Positions 35,269 to 44,623 of a stretch of 64,000 nucleotides of DNA are shown here, one piece after another (position 1 is the first letter of the stretch; every line of letters starts with the position of its first letter). The DNA is from a virus: IMG/VR virus record IMGVR_UViG_3300045988_074321, positions 1 to 64,000 of that record; one strand, given 5' to 3'. Under the pieces are notes generated by a model that saw nothing but the letters and a program-made list of their open reading frames with translations, ran no database searches and was not told the origin of the DNA. Made by a program: the position numbers and the translations under genes.

Positions 35269-36285
35269 ATGAAGAAAATTTTTAGTATTATTTGTTTGTG
35301 TTTAATGTGCGTGTTTGCTAGCGCACAAGTTGTTGAAACTGGAAGTTTGAAAGATAACTGGTATGTTTCTGGTAATGTAGGTACTACAATTTGGGACAAC
35401 TCAAGAAGTTGGGCTGAACCTCGTGATGTATTAGTAAATATTGCGGTGGGTAAAGAAATTACTCCTATCTTTGGACTAGAGTTAGATATGATGGCAGGTA
35501 TGAATCAAGGCAGTGAAACGTTCTTCGATTCCCATAACCTTACAGCTAATGTAACTACTAATCTAACTAATCTTATTTGTGGATACGAAGGCTCTAGACG
35601 TTTATTTGAGCCTGTATTACTGATAGGTGCTGGTTGGTATCATACTTATGGTGATGTTTATAATAATGTATCTGCAAGAGGTGCAATTAGATGCAACTTT
35701 AATATTACTGATAGTTGGGCATTAAATGTTACTCCTGAGTATATGTTACTTCCCAAGACTTCTCCTCTGAATCATGAGTTTAACGTCTATATTGGTGCTA
35801 CCTATCGCTTTAAGTCTAGCAAGGGGGACTTTCCAATTATGAAGTTGTATAGTGATGCCGAGGTTGAAAGCCTAAACGCTTCTATTAATGAGTTGAGAGC
35901 CAAGAATGAGGAACTTATGGCTCGTAAACCAATAGAAATTGTTAAGACGGACACAATCGAAATTACTAAAGTAGAGCTTTTGACTCCAAAAATTCAATTC
36001 CTTCAAAATTCTTCAGAGATTTCTAAAACTTCCAATGTGGCTGTCTCAGAACTAGCTTCCTATATTTCTAATAGTGGAAAAACTTATGTGATTGAGGGAT
36101 ATGCTTCGGAAGAAGGTCCAGAAGAGTTTAATAATAACCTTGCTGTAGCTAGGGCAGAATCTATGAAGAAGGCTCTGATTAGCTATGGTGCTCCAGAGGA
36201 TAAATTGGTTGTTAAGGGATGTGGAATTACCACTGAATTTGGAGATAATGAATTTAATCGTATCGTAATAATTTCCGAACAATGA
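35269..36285 (+). CDS. OmpA-family protein (signal peptide, coiled coil, C-terminal OmpA/MotB peptidoglycan-binding domain)
   Basis: MKKIFSIICLCLMCVFASAQ signal; YVIEGYASEEGPEEFNNNLAVARAESMKKALISYG OmpA-like motif. Confidence 0.7.
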   Translation: MKKIFSIICLCLMCVFASAQVVETGSLKDNWYVSGNVGTTIWDNSRSWAEPRDVLVNIAVGKEITPIFGLELDMMAGMNQGSETFFDSHNLTANVTTNLTNLICGYEGSRRLFEPVLLIGAGWYHTYGDVYNNVSARGAIRCNFNITDSWALNVTPEYMLLPKTSPLNHEFNVYIGATYRFKSSKGDFPIMKLYSDAEVESLNASINELRAKNEELMARKPIEIVKTDTIEITKVELLTPKIQFLQNSSEISKTSNVAVSELASYISNSGKTYVIEGYASEEGPEEFNNNLAVARAESMKKALISYGAPEDKLVVKGCGITTEFGDNEFNRIVIISEQ

Positions 36286-36526
36286 AGTATAAGAAAAAAG
36301 TAGCTTGGTTAAAAGCAAAGCAAGCATAGTGGGATAAACAAGGAAAAGACTTTCAGGCTGCAACTACCAGACCTGGGTCTATTAAAACTCGATAAATCAT
36401 GATTGCGTTTATAATTGTGTGCATAATGTTTGCCGCGTATATTTATTATGACCCGTATGTAGATATTACAGAGGATAATGTACTACTATGGTATAATAAA
36501 AGCGGCAATAGAGAATATATTATTCT

Positions 36527-36739
36527 ATGGTCGAGAAAAACTTAATTAAGGCATTTGTTGCCGTTCTATTAATCGTTGTAATTTACAACATCAGCTTATG
36601 GTTATTATCCGAATCATTGTATGCTGCAAATATCTTGGGGTTGTTACTATTACTAGTGGCAATCCCAAGTTTAGTTTATAGGATATTCAAATATATTAAG
36701 AAACATTACTTAAATAAGGAAAATGAAGACAATTATTAA
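36527..36739 (+). CDS. small membrane protein
   Basis: ORF track; two TM helices. Confidence 0.45.
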   Translation: MVEKNLIKAFVAVLLIVVIYNISLWLLSESLYAANILGLLLLLVAIPSLVYRIFKYIKKHYLNKENEDNY

Positions 36740-37550
36740 GATTTTGTGCGTATTAACTTTAGTGTTTGGCTTATCTAGTTGTGGCTATGAGAGAATTGAT
36801 GCTGGTTATGAAGGCATCAAGGTAAATCTATACGGAGATGGTAAAGGAGTAGACGATGTGTCTCTTGTTACTGGTGCGGTATGGTACAATCCTGTTACTA
36901 CGGCTGTATATGAATATCCTACATTCGTACAGACTGTGGACTATCCTCCTTTCAGTATTAATGCTAAAGATGGATCATCATTTACTGTAGACCCTACAAT
37001 TTCTTTGAAGATTGTTGACGGGAAATCACCAGAAGTATTTAAGAAGTATAGAAAGGAAGATATTGTAGAGGTAATTAACACTACTTTGTATAATTACGTA
37101 AAGAATGCTTTTCGCATTCAGCTGAATAACTATACTACTGATGAACTAGTAAGTAAACGTGAGGAGTTTGAGAAGTCTATAGAAGATAGACTGTCAAAGG
37201 AACTCTTGGCTGAGAATTTTCAGCTTGAACAAATGACTTCTGGTCTTCAATATCCACAGACGCTAGTCAATTCTATTGATGCTAAGAATGCTGCAATTCA
37301 ACAGGCTTTGAAGGCAGAGAATGAAGTTAAGACTATTGAGGCAGAAGCTAAAAAGAAAGTAGCAGCTGCACAAGGAGAGGCAGAAGCTCTTAAGATTAAG
37401 GGTGATGCAGAAGCTGAATATAATAGAAAGATTTCAGCATCTTTGTCAGTTCTCATAGTTCAGCAGGATATGATTAAGAAGTGGGATGGAAAACTTCCTA
37501 CTTATGGTCAGGTTCCCACCTTATTTAAAGATGTAGCTAATAACAAATGA
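36723..37550 (+). CDS. SPFH/band-7 (prohibitin/HflC-like) lipoprotein
   Basis: lipobox LSSC; SPFH-like core; C-terminal EAEAKKKVAAAQGEAEALKIKGDAEAEYNRK. Confidence 0.6.
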   Translation: MKTIIKILCVLTLVFGLSSCGYERIDAGYEGIKVNLYGDGKGVDDVSLVTGAVWYNPVTTAVYEYPTFVQTVDYPPFSINAKDGSSFTVDPTISLKIVDGKSPEVFKKYRKEDIVEVINTTLYNYVKNAFRIQLNNYTTDELVSKREEFEKSIEDRLSKELLAENFQLEQMTSGLQYPQTLVNSIDAKNAAIQQALKAENEVKTIEAEAKKKVAAAQGEAEALKIKGDAEAEYNRKISASLSVLIVQQDMIKKWDGKLPTYGQVPTLFKDVANNK

Positions 37551-37894
37551 TGTATCTAGTAATATGCACTGTGATGGTAATCATCACGGTGCTTATCTTG
37601 AAAGATACCCATGTAACCGTTTATTACAATGGGTATAGCAGAAGTGTGGCACTTATAGAAGAAGACTATGACCTTAAAGTTCCAGTGTGGCTAGTTTTAG
37701 TAATACTAATCCTAGGATTTATCCCAGTACTGAACATTATGCTATACACAGTAGGATATTTATTCTATATAGTTCATGCTGTGTGGAATCCAGATAAGTT
37801 GTCTGGATATACACATAAGTTCAATCTAAGAGGAAATAATTTTCTAACTAGAATAGTGAAGAAGATATGGAAATTCTTAAATGTATGTGTATAA
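37547..37894 (+). CDS. membrane protein
   Basis: ORF track; 3 hydrophobic segments. Confidence 0.5.
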   Translation: MMYLVICTVMVIITVLILKDTHVTVYYNGYSRSVALIEEDYDLKVPVWLVLVILILGFIPVLNIMLYTVGYLFYIVHAVWNPDKLSGYTHKFNLRGNNFLTRIVKKIWKFLNVCV

Positions 37895-38391
37895 CACTGA
37901 AACATCTTAGGCGAATACTTAGACATAAGTTTTGGGTAGCTTATTACTGTTTTCAGTTAGGTTTATACAAACAGGGCATCTTGCACGACTTATCTAAATT
38001 CGGATGGTATGAGTTCTCTCGTTCTGTAAAATTTTACGATGATGACACATCTCCCTTAAACAAGGAAAAAGAAATTCTAGGATATTCTAGGTCTTATTTA
38101 CATCACAGAGGAAGAAATCCACACCATTATGAATACTGGGTAACTAAGCTAGACATTGGCGGTGTTCCAGTGAAGATGCCTAAAGAGTATGCTCTAGAAT
38201 TGGTATGCGATTATCTGGCTGCTGGTAAAGTATACAACGGTAATAGTTTTCAAGGAGAATATAACTGGTGGATTAAGTATATAAATTCTCCTAGGGCTAT
38301 CCATCCAGAAACGAAGGAATTTATCACTCAGTGTTTTAAGAATTTAGCTAGTGGTAAAGGCATGAAAAGTTTATTAACAATTAGTTATTAA
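37867..38391 (+). CDS. hypothetical protein
   Basis: ORF track. Confidence 0.45.
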   Translation: MEILKCMCITLKHLRRILRHKFWVAYYCFQLGLYKQGILHDLSKFGWYEFSRSVKFYDDDTSPLNKEKEILGYSRSYLHHRGRNPHHYEYWVTKLDIGGVPVKMPKEYALELVCDYLAAGKVYNGNSFQGEYNWWIKYINSPRAIHPETKEFITQCFKNLASGKGMKSLLTISY

Positions 38392-38404
38392 AATAATTTT
38401 TAGA

Positions 38405-39955
38405 ATGGAAATAATTAATGCTACAGATGGTTACAAGTTGGGCCATCACAGAATGTACCCCGAAGGTACTGAACAAGTTTATAGTAACTGGACTCCTAGA
38501 AGTAATAAATACTTCCCAGAAGCAACCGAAGGTTCAGTAGTATTTGGTATTCAATACCTAATCAAAGAATATCTCATTAAACAGTTTGAGAAAAACTTCT
38601 TTAATCTACCAAAGAAGGAAGCTGTGGAGATGTTCTATCGTAGAGTAAACAACTTTGTTGGTATTGAATCCGTTGGGTACAGACATATTGAAGCTTTATA
38701 TGACCTTGGGTATCTACCAATTCGCATAAAGGCTCTTCCTGAAGGTTCTGTGTGCCCTATTCGGGTTCCCATGATGACCATTACAAATACTCTACCCGAG
38801 TTCTTTTGGTTAACTAACTACTTAGAGACTATTATCAGCTGTACCTTGTGGATGCCATGCACATCTGCTACTAGAGCTAGGCTTTATAAGAAAGAGCTAC
38901 ATCGTCATGCTTGCAAGACTGGTTTTCCAACAGATGTAAATCTTGGTTTTTGTTGTCATGATTTCTCAATGCGAGGTATGGCGGGAATGGAAGCCGCAAT
39001 TATATCTGGTATGGCGCATATGACTTCTTTTGTGGGAAGTGAAACTATTCCAGCTATTGCTGCTTTGGAAGAATATTATGGAGCTAATTCAGACGAGGAA
39101 TTGATTGCTGCTACAGTTCCAGCAACAGAACACTCTGTAATGTGTGCTGGAGGGGAGGAAGATGAGCTGGGCACTTTCAAACGTCTAATTAATGATTTGT
39201 ATCCTTCTGGGTTTGTTTCTATTGTATCTGATACTTGGGATTTCTGGAATGTAATTGAAAATTTCTTGCCCAAGCTGAAGAAAGACATTATGGCTCGTGA
39301 TGGTAGAGTAGTAATCCGTCCTGATAGTGGAGACCCAGTAGATATAATCTGCGGGTTGAGAACTAATCCTCACTTCAATACCAGAATGAAAGAAGGTAAG
39401 TATTATTGCTGCTATGCTCCGTTTAACGACGATGCAGAGTATGTTGAAGTGTCCGAAGGTCAATATTATGGGGCATATTATATGCTTGGTAAAATCTTCG
39501 GATGGAATACTACTTCAAAGGATTACCGTTATCCTAGCACTAAGGTTGGTCTGCTTTATGGAGATTCTATTACTCTGGAACGTCAAAAGCAAATCTACTT
39601 GAGATTAGAAAACGCTCATATGGCGGCTTGTAATCTCGTTCTGGGAGTAGGTTCATATTCCTATCAGTATGCAAGTAGAGATAGTCTTGGGTTTGCTATT
39701 AAGGCTACTGCTTGCGTAGTAAATGGCGAATTGAAAGAAATCTTCAAACATCCTAAAACTGATGATGGTACTAAGAACTCTTTGAAAGGTTTGATTGCTG
39801 TCTATAAATGTCTGGATGGGAAGTATACTGCTACCGACCAGGTCTCAATCGAGGAGGAAAAAGAGGGATGCTTAGAGACTGTCTTTGAAGATGGTATCTT
39901 GAAGAAAGAATATTCTCTTGAAGAAATCAGACAAAGAATTGACCATGGACTTTAA
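38405..39955 (+). CDS. nadV: nicotinamide phosphoribosyltransferase (NadV/NAMPT)
   Basis: 516 aa; N-term TDGYKLGHHRMYP, GF..HDFS.RG, GDSITLER typical of NAMPT. Confidence 0.85.
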   Translation: MEIINATDGYKLGHHRMYPEGTEQVYSNWTPRSNKYFPEATEGSVVFGIQYLIKEYLIKQFEKNFFNLPKKEAVEMFYRRVNNFVGIESVGYRHIEALYDLGYLPIRIKALPEGSVCPIRVPMMTITNTLPEFFWLTNYLETIISCTLWMPCTSATRARLYKKELHRHACKTGFPTDVNLGFCCHDFSMRGMAGMEAAIISGMAHMTSFVGSETIPAIAALEEYYGANSDEELIAATVPATEHSVMCAGGEEDELGTFKRLINDLYPSGFVSIVSDTWDFWNVIENFLPKLKKDIMARDGRVVIRPDSGDPVDIICGLRTNPHFNTRMKEGKYYCCYAPFNDDAEYVEVSEGQYYGAYYMLGKIFGWNTTSKDYRYPSTKVGLLYGDSITLERQKQIYLRLENAHMAACNLVLGVGSYSYQYASRDSLGFAIKATACVVNGELKEIFKHPKTDDGTKNSLKGLIAVYKCLDGKYTATDQVSIEEEKEGCLETVFEDGILKKEYSLEEIRQRIDHGL

Positions 39956-40382
39956 TCATCCTTTTGGGAAAGAAGCTTGCAAGAAACGACTATTAGAAGA
40001 GTATCATAAATACGGAAAGCTAATAGTCGCTTTCGATTTTGATAATACTATTTTCGATTACCATAATACTGGCGGAGATTATAGTTGCGTTATAGAACTA
40101 CTTAAAGAATGCTCACTTCTAGGTTTTGAAATGATTTTATTCACCACTGATGAAGATGATTATAAAATTATGGCAAAGCAGACAATTTGTATGCGATTAG
40201 GAATAGCAAATATTACTTCTAATACTTTATCTGCTCCAAACATTAGTAGTTCTATATTCTCTAAATCTAAGAAACCTTATTACAATATCCTCCTAGATGA
40301 TAGGGCAGGTCTGGAAGAAAGTTATGAAATCTTAAAATATGTAGTAGATGAAATTAAACTTAATCAACAAGGAAATCAGTGA
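39918..40382 (+). CDS. HAD-superfamily hydrolase (phosphatase)
   Basis: DFDNT (DxDxT) motif near N-terminus. Confidence 0.5.
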   Translation: MKKSDKELTMDFNHPFGKEACKKRLLEEYHKYGKLIVAFDFDNTIFDYHNTGGDYSCVIELLKECSLLGFEMILFTTDEDDYKIMAKQTICMRLGIANITSNTLSAPNISSSIFSKSKKPYYNILLDDRAGLEESYEILKYVVDEIKLNQQGNQ

Positions 40383-41157
40383 AATTAAGTACGATGTTAC
40401 TAGATTTCCTGATGGAGAGCCTCAGTTTTTCCTTACTGAGGAATTAAACAGAAAGGAATCTATTGATGTCATTTGTAGAATATCTAATACTGAGGATTTA
40501 TTCCTCTTAGTGCAAGTAGGAGATATTTTAGATAGACAAGAAGTAGAATGGGATTTACACATTACTTATTTAATGTCTATGCGTATGGATAGAGTAATGA
40601 GTTTTAATCGTCCATTCTCCTTGAAAGTAGTATGTAATATGTTAAATAGCTTAGGCTATAGAAACATATATGTTCTTGAGGCACATTCTAGTAGAACTTT
40701 TCATCTTCTTGGTGACAGATGTTTACCTTGGGAATTTGGACACCACTCTTGGATTCCAGCCCAAAGTAATATCGTGTTCCCAGACCATGGGGCGAAGGAC
40801 AGATATGGAAGTAACTATTCTCACTATGGTTATTTAGTCTTCAAAAAGGAAAGAAATCTAGAGACTGGAAGAATTGAGTCCTTTGAAATAGAGGAGTCTA
40901 AGAATTGCTACTATTCTACATTTGTGTTCATTGATGACTTGTGTGATGCCGGAGGAACTTTCCTAGGAGAGCTTAAGGTTCTCAAAGAGAGATATCCAAA
41001 TAGCAAGTTTATCATAATCGTATGTCACGCAGTTAATGATAAAGGTCTGATTAATATGTGTAATAATTTTGACCAGGTTATTGTATCTAATTCTCATAGG
41101 GATATTAATTATCGTCCCAGCAACGAGAACTTAACTGTAATAGACGTTTGTAAATAA
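40348..41157 (+). CDS. ribose-phosphate pyrophosphokinase (Prs)-like PRTase-fold protein
   Basis: PRPP-binding loop FIDDLCDAGGT; size/N-terminal region Prs-like. Confidence 0.6.
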   Translation: MKLNLINKEISEIKYDVTRFPDGEPQFFLTEELNRKESIDVICRISNTEDLFLLVQVGDILDRQEVEWDLHITYLMSMRMDRVMSFNRPFSLKVVCNMLNSLGYRNIYVLEAHSSRTFHLLGDRCLPWEFGHHSWIPAQSNIVFPDHGAKDRYGSNYSHYGYLVFKKERNLETGRIESFEIEESKNCYYSTFVFIDDLCDAGGTFLGELKVLKERYPNSKFIIIVCHAVNDKGLINMCNNFDQVIVSNSHRDINYRPSNENLTVIDVCK

Positions 41158-41167
41158 CAAAATAAAA

Positions 41168-41470
41168 ATGGTAATTGAAGGTCCTTTTTACAGACTTACT
41201 CCCATTAGTGAATCTTCTCCGAGGTTTGACTTGGAATTGTTGTATGATATTGGTGGGAAAAATCCGAGAAAAGAATTTAAAGTGGAAGGCTATGGCTATC
41301 CCCTAGAAGCTGCTATAGAGCGATGTCGCCATTATGCAGTAAGAAAAAAGTTCGGAAAAGATGAAGTTATAACTTTAGGTAGGTACTTAGATGAGTTTAA
41401 AAAGGCAAAGGAGGAAATTAAACTCGAAGTCTCAGGAGATTCAGGAGATTCTAGCGGAGAGGCTGAATAA
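41168..41470 (+). CDS. hypothetical protein
   Basis: ORF track. Confidence 0.45.
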   Translation: MVIEGPFYRLTPISESSPRFDLELLYDIGGKNPRKEFKVEGYGYPLEAAIERCRHYAVRKKFGKDEVITLGRYLDEFKKAKEEIKLEVSGDSGDSSGEAE

Positions 41471-41864
41471 GCTTTGTAGATTCTTAGATGAGGAATATGA
41501 CGTTAATTGTGGAGGGTGTTGCTATATAGCATACTGTCTAGCTAGGCTACTAAGTAGAGATAAATTCAAGTTCAAAGTCATTATTTACGAGGATTATGAA
41601 CTAGAAGAAAAGTTTAGCGAAGTAGCGAGAAGTCATTATCATTATGCGATTTCTATTGGAAAGTACACCATAAACGCAGCAGATTGTGATGATGACGATA
41701 GCTTTTGCAGAAATGTGTATACTGGCGTAAAAGCTTCCGAACTACTATCTCACTATCAGAAATGTAGCTGGAATGACTGTTATAATACTCAAAAGAATCA
41801 ATTCATTTTTAAGACTATAAAGGTGTTTTATGACGACCTCACGGAGGACTTACGAGAAGGATAA
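41391..41864 (+). CDS. hypothetical protein
   Basis: ORF track. Confidence 0.45.
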   Translation: MSLKRQRRKLNSKSQEIQEILAERLNKLCRFLDEEYDVNCGGCCYIAYCLARLLSRDKFKFKVIIYEDYELEEKFSEVARSHYHYAISIGKYTINAADCDDDDSFCRNVYTGVKASELLSHYQKCSWNDCYNTQKNQFIFKTIKVFYDDLTEDLREG

Positions 41865-42114
41865 ACAAATTGTGCATACGCACGATAAGTTTATCTACTG
41901 TAGTTCAGTATATCAAATATGGAGCTGGGGAGCTGCTCTAATGGAAGAAAAATACTACTCTTCTAATAAACCTATTGTATTGAAAAAGAATCAACTATGT
42001 TGTAAGAGGAAGAAGTACTCTTTGCATAGATTCTTTGAATTACAATTTGCTCCCGAAGAATATTTAATTAATAACGGTTTTAAAATTGTAGAAAATGAAA
42101 CAGGATGTGATTGA
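41830..42114 (+). CDS. hypothetical protein
   Basis: ORF track. Confidence 0.4.
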   Translation: MTTSRRTYEKDKQIVHTHDKFIYCSSVYQIWSWGAALMEEKYYSSNKPIVLKKNQLCCKRKKYSLHRFFELQFAPEEYLINNGFKIVENETGCD

Positions 42115-42679
42115 GTACATGGTAGACTCATTTGTAGACTTTAAGGGTGAAGAACGTAAAATTGTAGCTTGTGCTTTAAGTCAGGCTGCTGAAGTAAGTG
42201 AGGATGATTGTGTCTTAGCAGTAGGTTGGGTAGCTCCCGATGAATACATATGCACAAATGATCCGGACTATGCTAGAATCTGTAGAGTAGTAACCGTTGG
42301 TATTGCAGTATGTAATCCTAGTGATACCTTCGATTTGGCTAAGGGACAGAAGAAGGCTTACGATAAGGCTCTTCATGATCCAAAGTGTCCAGCTATTTAT
42401 ACTACATCTAGAGGTGTAGCAGGTAAAGTGCTGGTAAAAGCATTCTTGGAACAGGAGCTTACTTTCTTGAAAGAAAATCCAGAGCGTATCATTAAGGGGT
42501 ATAACCAAATGAAAGCTCGATTCGAAAGAAAAGAAGCCCTCAAGAACGAAATCAAAAATCTCTCTGATAAAGAGAAGCAAGCTTTGAATCTAGCTAAAGA
42601 AGGTATAGATGTAGTTAAATGCGCTGAACTGGTAACTAAAGCCAAGGCAATAGGCGTTGAGCTAAATGAACAGGACTAA
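42095..42679 (+). CDS. hypothetical protein
   Basis: ORF track. Confidence 0.5.
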   Translation: MKQDVIEYMVDSFVDFKGEERKIVACALSQAAEVSEDDCVLAVGWVAPDEYICTNDPDYARICRVVTVGIAVCNPSDTFDLAKGQKKAYDKALHDPKCPAIYTTSRGVAGKVLVKAFLEQELTFLKENPERIIKGYNQMKARFERKEALKNEIKNLSDKEKQALNLAKEGIDVVKCAELVTKAKAIGVELNEQD

Positions 42680-42971
42680 GTTTTGCTATATCTTAATAGC
42701 CTTGATGGGATTGCTAATTATTTATTTGCTAATACCTAAGAAGGAAACCGCAGTTTCTCCGCCTAATGTGCAGGAAATAGTAAGGGATTCTATAATTAGA
42801 GATAGCATCTATATAGTTAACGATTCCATCGTGGAGAAAATTAAGTATATAGACAAAGAGTATGATGAGAAAGTATCTACTATTATGTCTAGTTCTGATA
42901 GCATCAATTTGTGCTTTTTCTCAGAATACATCGACCGTTACAATAACCAGCGAGCAACTAAAAACAACTAA
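42666..42971 (+). CDS. membrane-anchored hypothetical protein
   Basis: ORF track; N-terminal TM. Confidence 0.45.
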   Translation: MNRTKFCYILIALMGLLIIYLLIPKKETAVSPPNVQEIVRDSIIRDSIYIVNDSIVEKIKYIDKEYDEKVSTIMSSSDSINLCFFSEYIDRYNNQRATKNN

Positions 42972-43236
42972 TCTGATATTTGCCGAGCATCAGAAGTTGT
43001 CTGAAACTGTTCCGTTATTGAATAAGCGAATAACTAATCTAGAACTAATAAATAAGAGTTGGGAAAAAACGGATTCTCTTCGTAGAGTTCAGTTACTGTA
43101 TTATGGAAACATAATTGAAGATAAAAATAGATCTATTGAAGGTCTTAATAAGTCTTTAAAAAAGAAGCAGAATGTCATTAAATATGGCGCTGCTGGTTCA
43201 TGTGTATTAATATTATTATGCCTATTACTGAAGTAA
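42862..43236 (+). CDS. hypothetical protein with signal peptide and C-terminal TM
   Basis: ORF track. Confidence 0.4.
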   Translation: MMRKYLLLCLVLIASICAFSQNTSTVTITSEQLKTTNLIFAEHQKLSETVPLLNKRITNLELINKSWEKTDSLRRVQLLYYGNIIEDKNRSIEGLNKSLKKKQNVIKYGAAGSCVLILLCLLLK

Positions 43237-43390
43237 TGTTTAAGGACAAAGATGGTTTTCACTACAAACATCCTGAACGTAGCTGCACTAGGTGTAAGAA
43301 TTACCCTTGCTTGCCTAACATGGATAAGCTGCAAGGAGACTTCGCTTCTTATGGTTGTAGGAAGTTCGAGGATATTAATACATTTGAAGT

Positions 43391-43714
43391 GTGGAAACCA
43401 AAGAAGTAACTTACCATGTCAAATTTGTTGCTGAATGTGAGGACGGGATGGGATACGCTAATTATGTCTTTGAAAGGCTAGAATATGATAATCTAGATTA
43501 CAAGGATATAATGTGTGTTCGATTCCCGAATTGGAACCAGTGTTCTATGAAATTAGGAGATGTCGGCTATGTTTCACTAAGATACGTAGAAGAAGGCATC
43601 GATAGATGGTACGATGGTAAAGATTTTGTTCCATACAAGGATAGTAATATAATTTTCTTGAAATTTATTCATGAAAAGCCTATCATTGAAGATGGACAAA
43701 TATTATTAGATTAA
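43391..43714 (+). CDS. hypothetical protein
   Basis: ORF track. Confidence 0.45.
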   Translation: METKEVTYHVKFVAECEDGMGYANYVFERLEYDNLDYKDIMCVRFPNWNQCSMKLGDVGYVSLRYVEEGIDRWYDGKDFVPYKDSNIIFLKFIHEKPIIEDGQILLD

Positions 43715-43759
43715 CATTAAAAAGGAGATAAACTATGAAGTATTTTTAAAGAATAATTT

Positions 43760-44623
43760 ATGACTGTATTAGGAGATAAGCTGAGAGAGGCTTTGAGCGA
43801 TAAGGCAAACGACGTTAATAGCTATGTATGGAAAGGACCTAAGGTAAATGGGGTCCAGGAGGAAATTAAATTGGTAGACGCAGGTTATGACCAGCTGAGA
43901 CGATTCTACAATCATTGTGAACAAATGTTGTACAACTCTGATACCAAGAATCCGGGTCGTGTAACATTACTCGGAATTGTGTCCGACCAAATACAAAGAT
44001 GTCGTGCAGAGCTTCTTATTAGATGGCTTAGAGCTGAAAAGCAATACACAAACACACGTTGTTTGGAAGACTTGAAAGCTGTTATCAAAAACAATAAGGA
44101 AGTGTTAACTAATGAGGCTATTAAGGTCTATCCAATTGGAGAGATTCTTAATGGAATCCCTGTAGAGTTTAGAGAAGTACCAGTAAGTTTAGTTATGGAT
44201 GCTTGTTTAGATTCCTTGGGATTGTTTGACAACTCTCATTTGACGCTTAACTTCATTGTAAAAATGGGACTGTGGTTTACACAGCAAGAAATGCAGAAAG
44301 ACTTGTATCGTAAAGACCCAGTGACAGGTAAAGCTGTTAACAGACTGTTAGTAGTAAGTAAGGAACTTCGTTTGAATCCTTCTATAGCTCTGAAAATCTG
44401 TGATACTGGATTAAGTTATGCTGAGTTTAGATCTATGTGTAGATTGAAACGAGATAAATATGCTAACTTAACTAGTGATCAGCTCAGACTGCTATCAAAC
44501 AAAGTTCTTTATCGCTTCCAAAATCAATGCGAGAACCAGGCTAAACAATGGAAGGATAAGATGGAAGAAATCAAGAAAGTTGCAGAACTTAAAGGATGGG
44601 ACATCACTAGGAATATAGATTGA
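43760..44623 (+). CDS. hypothetical protein
   Basis: ORF track. Confidence 0.55.
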   Translation: MTVLGDKLREALSDKANDVNSYVWKGPKVNGVQEEIKLVDAGYDQLRRFYNHCEQMLYNSDTKNPGRVTLLGIVSDQIQRCRAELLIRWLRAEKQYTNTRCLEDLKAVIKNNKEVLTNEAIKVYPIGEILNGIPVEFREVPVSLVMDACLDSLGLFDNSHLTLNFIVKMGLWFTQQEMQKDLYRKDPVTGKAVNRLLVVSKELRLNPSIALKICDTGLSYAEFRSMCRLKRDKYANLTSDQLRLLSNKVLYRFQNQCENQAKQWKDKMEEIKKVAELKGWDITRNID

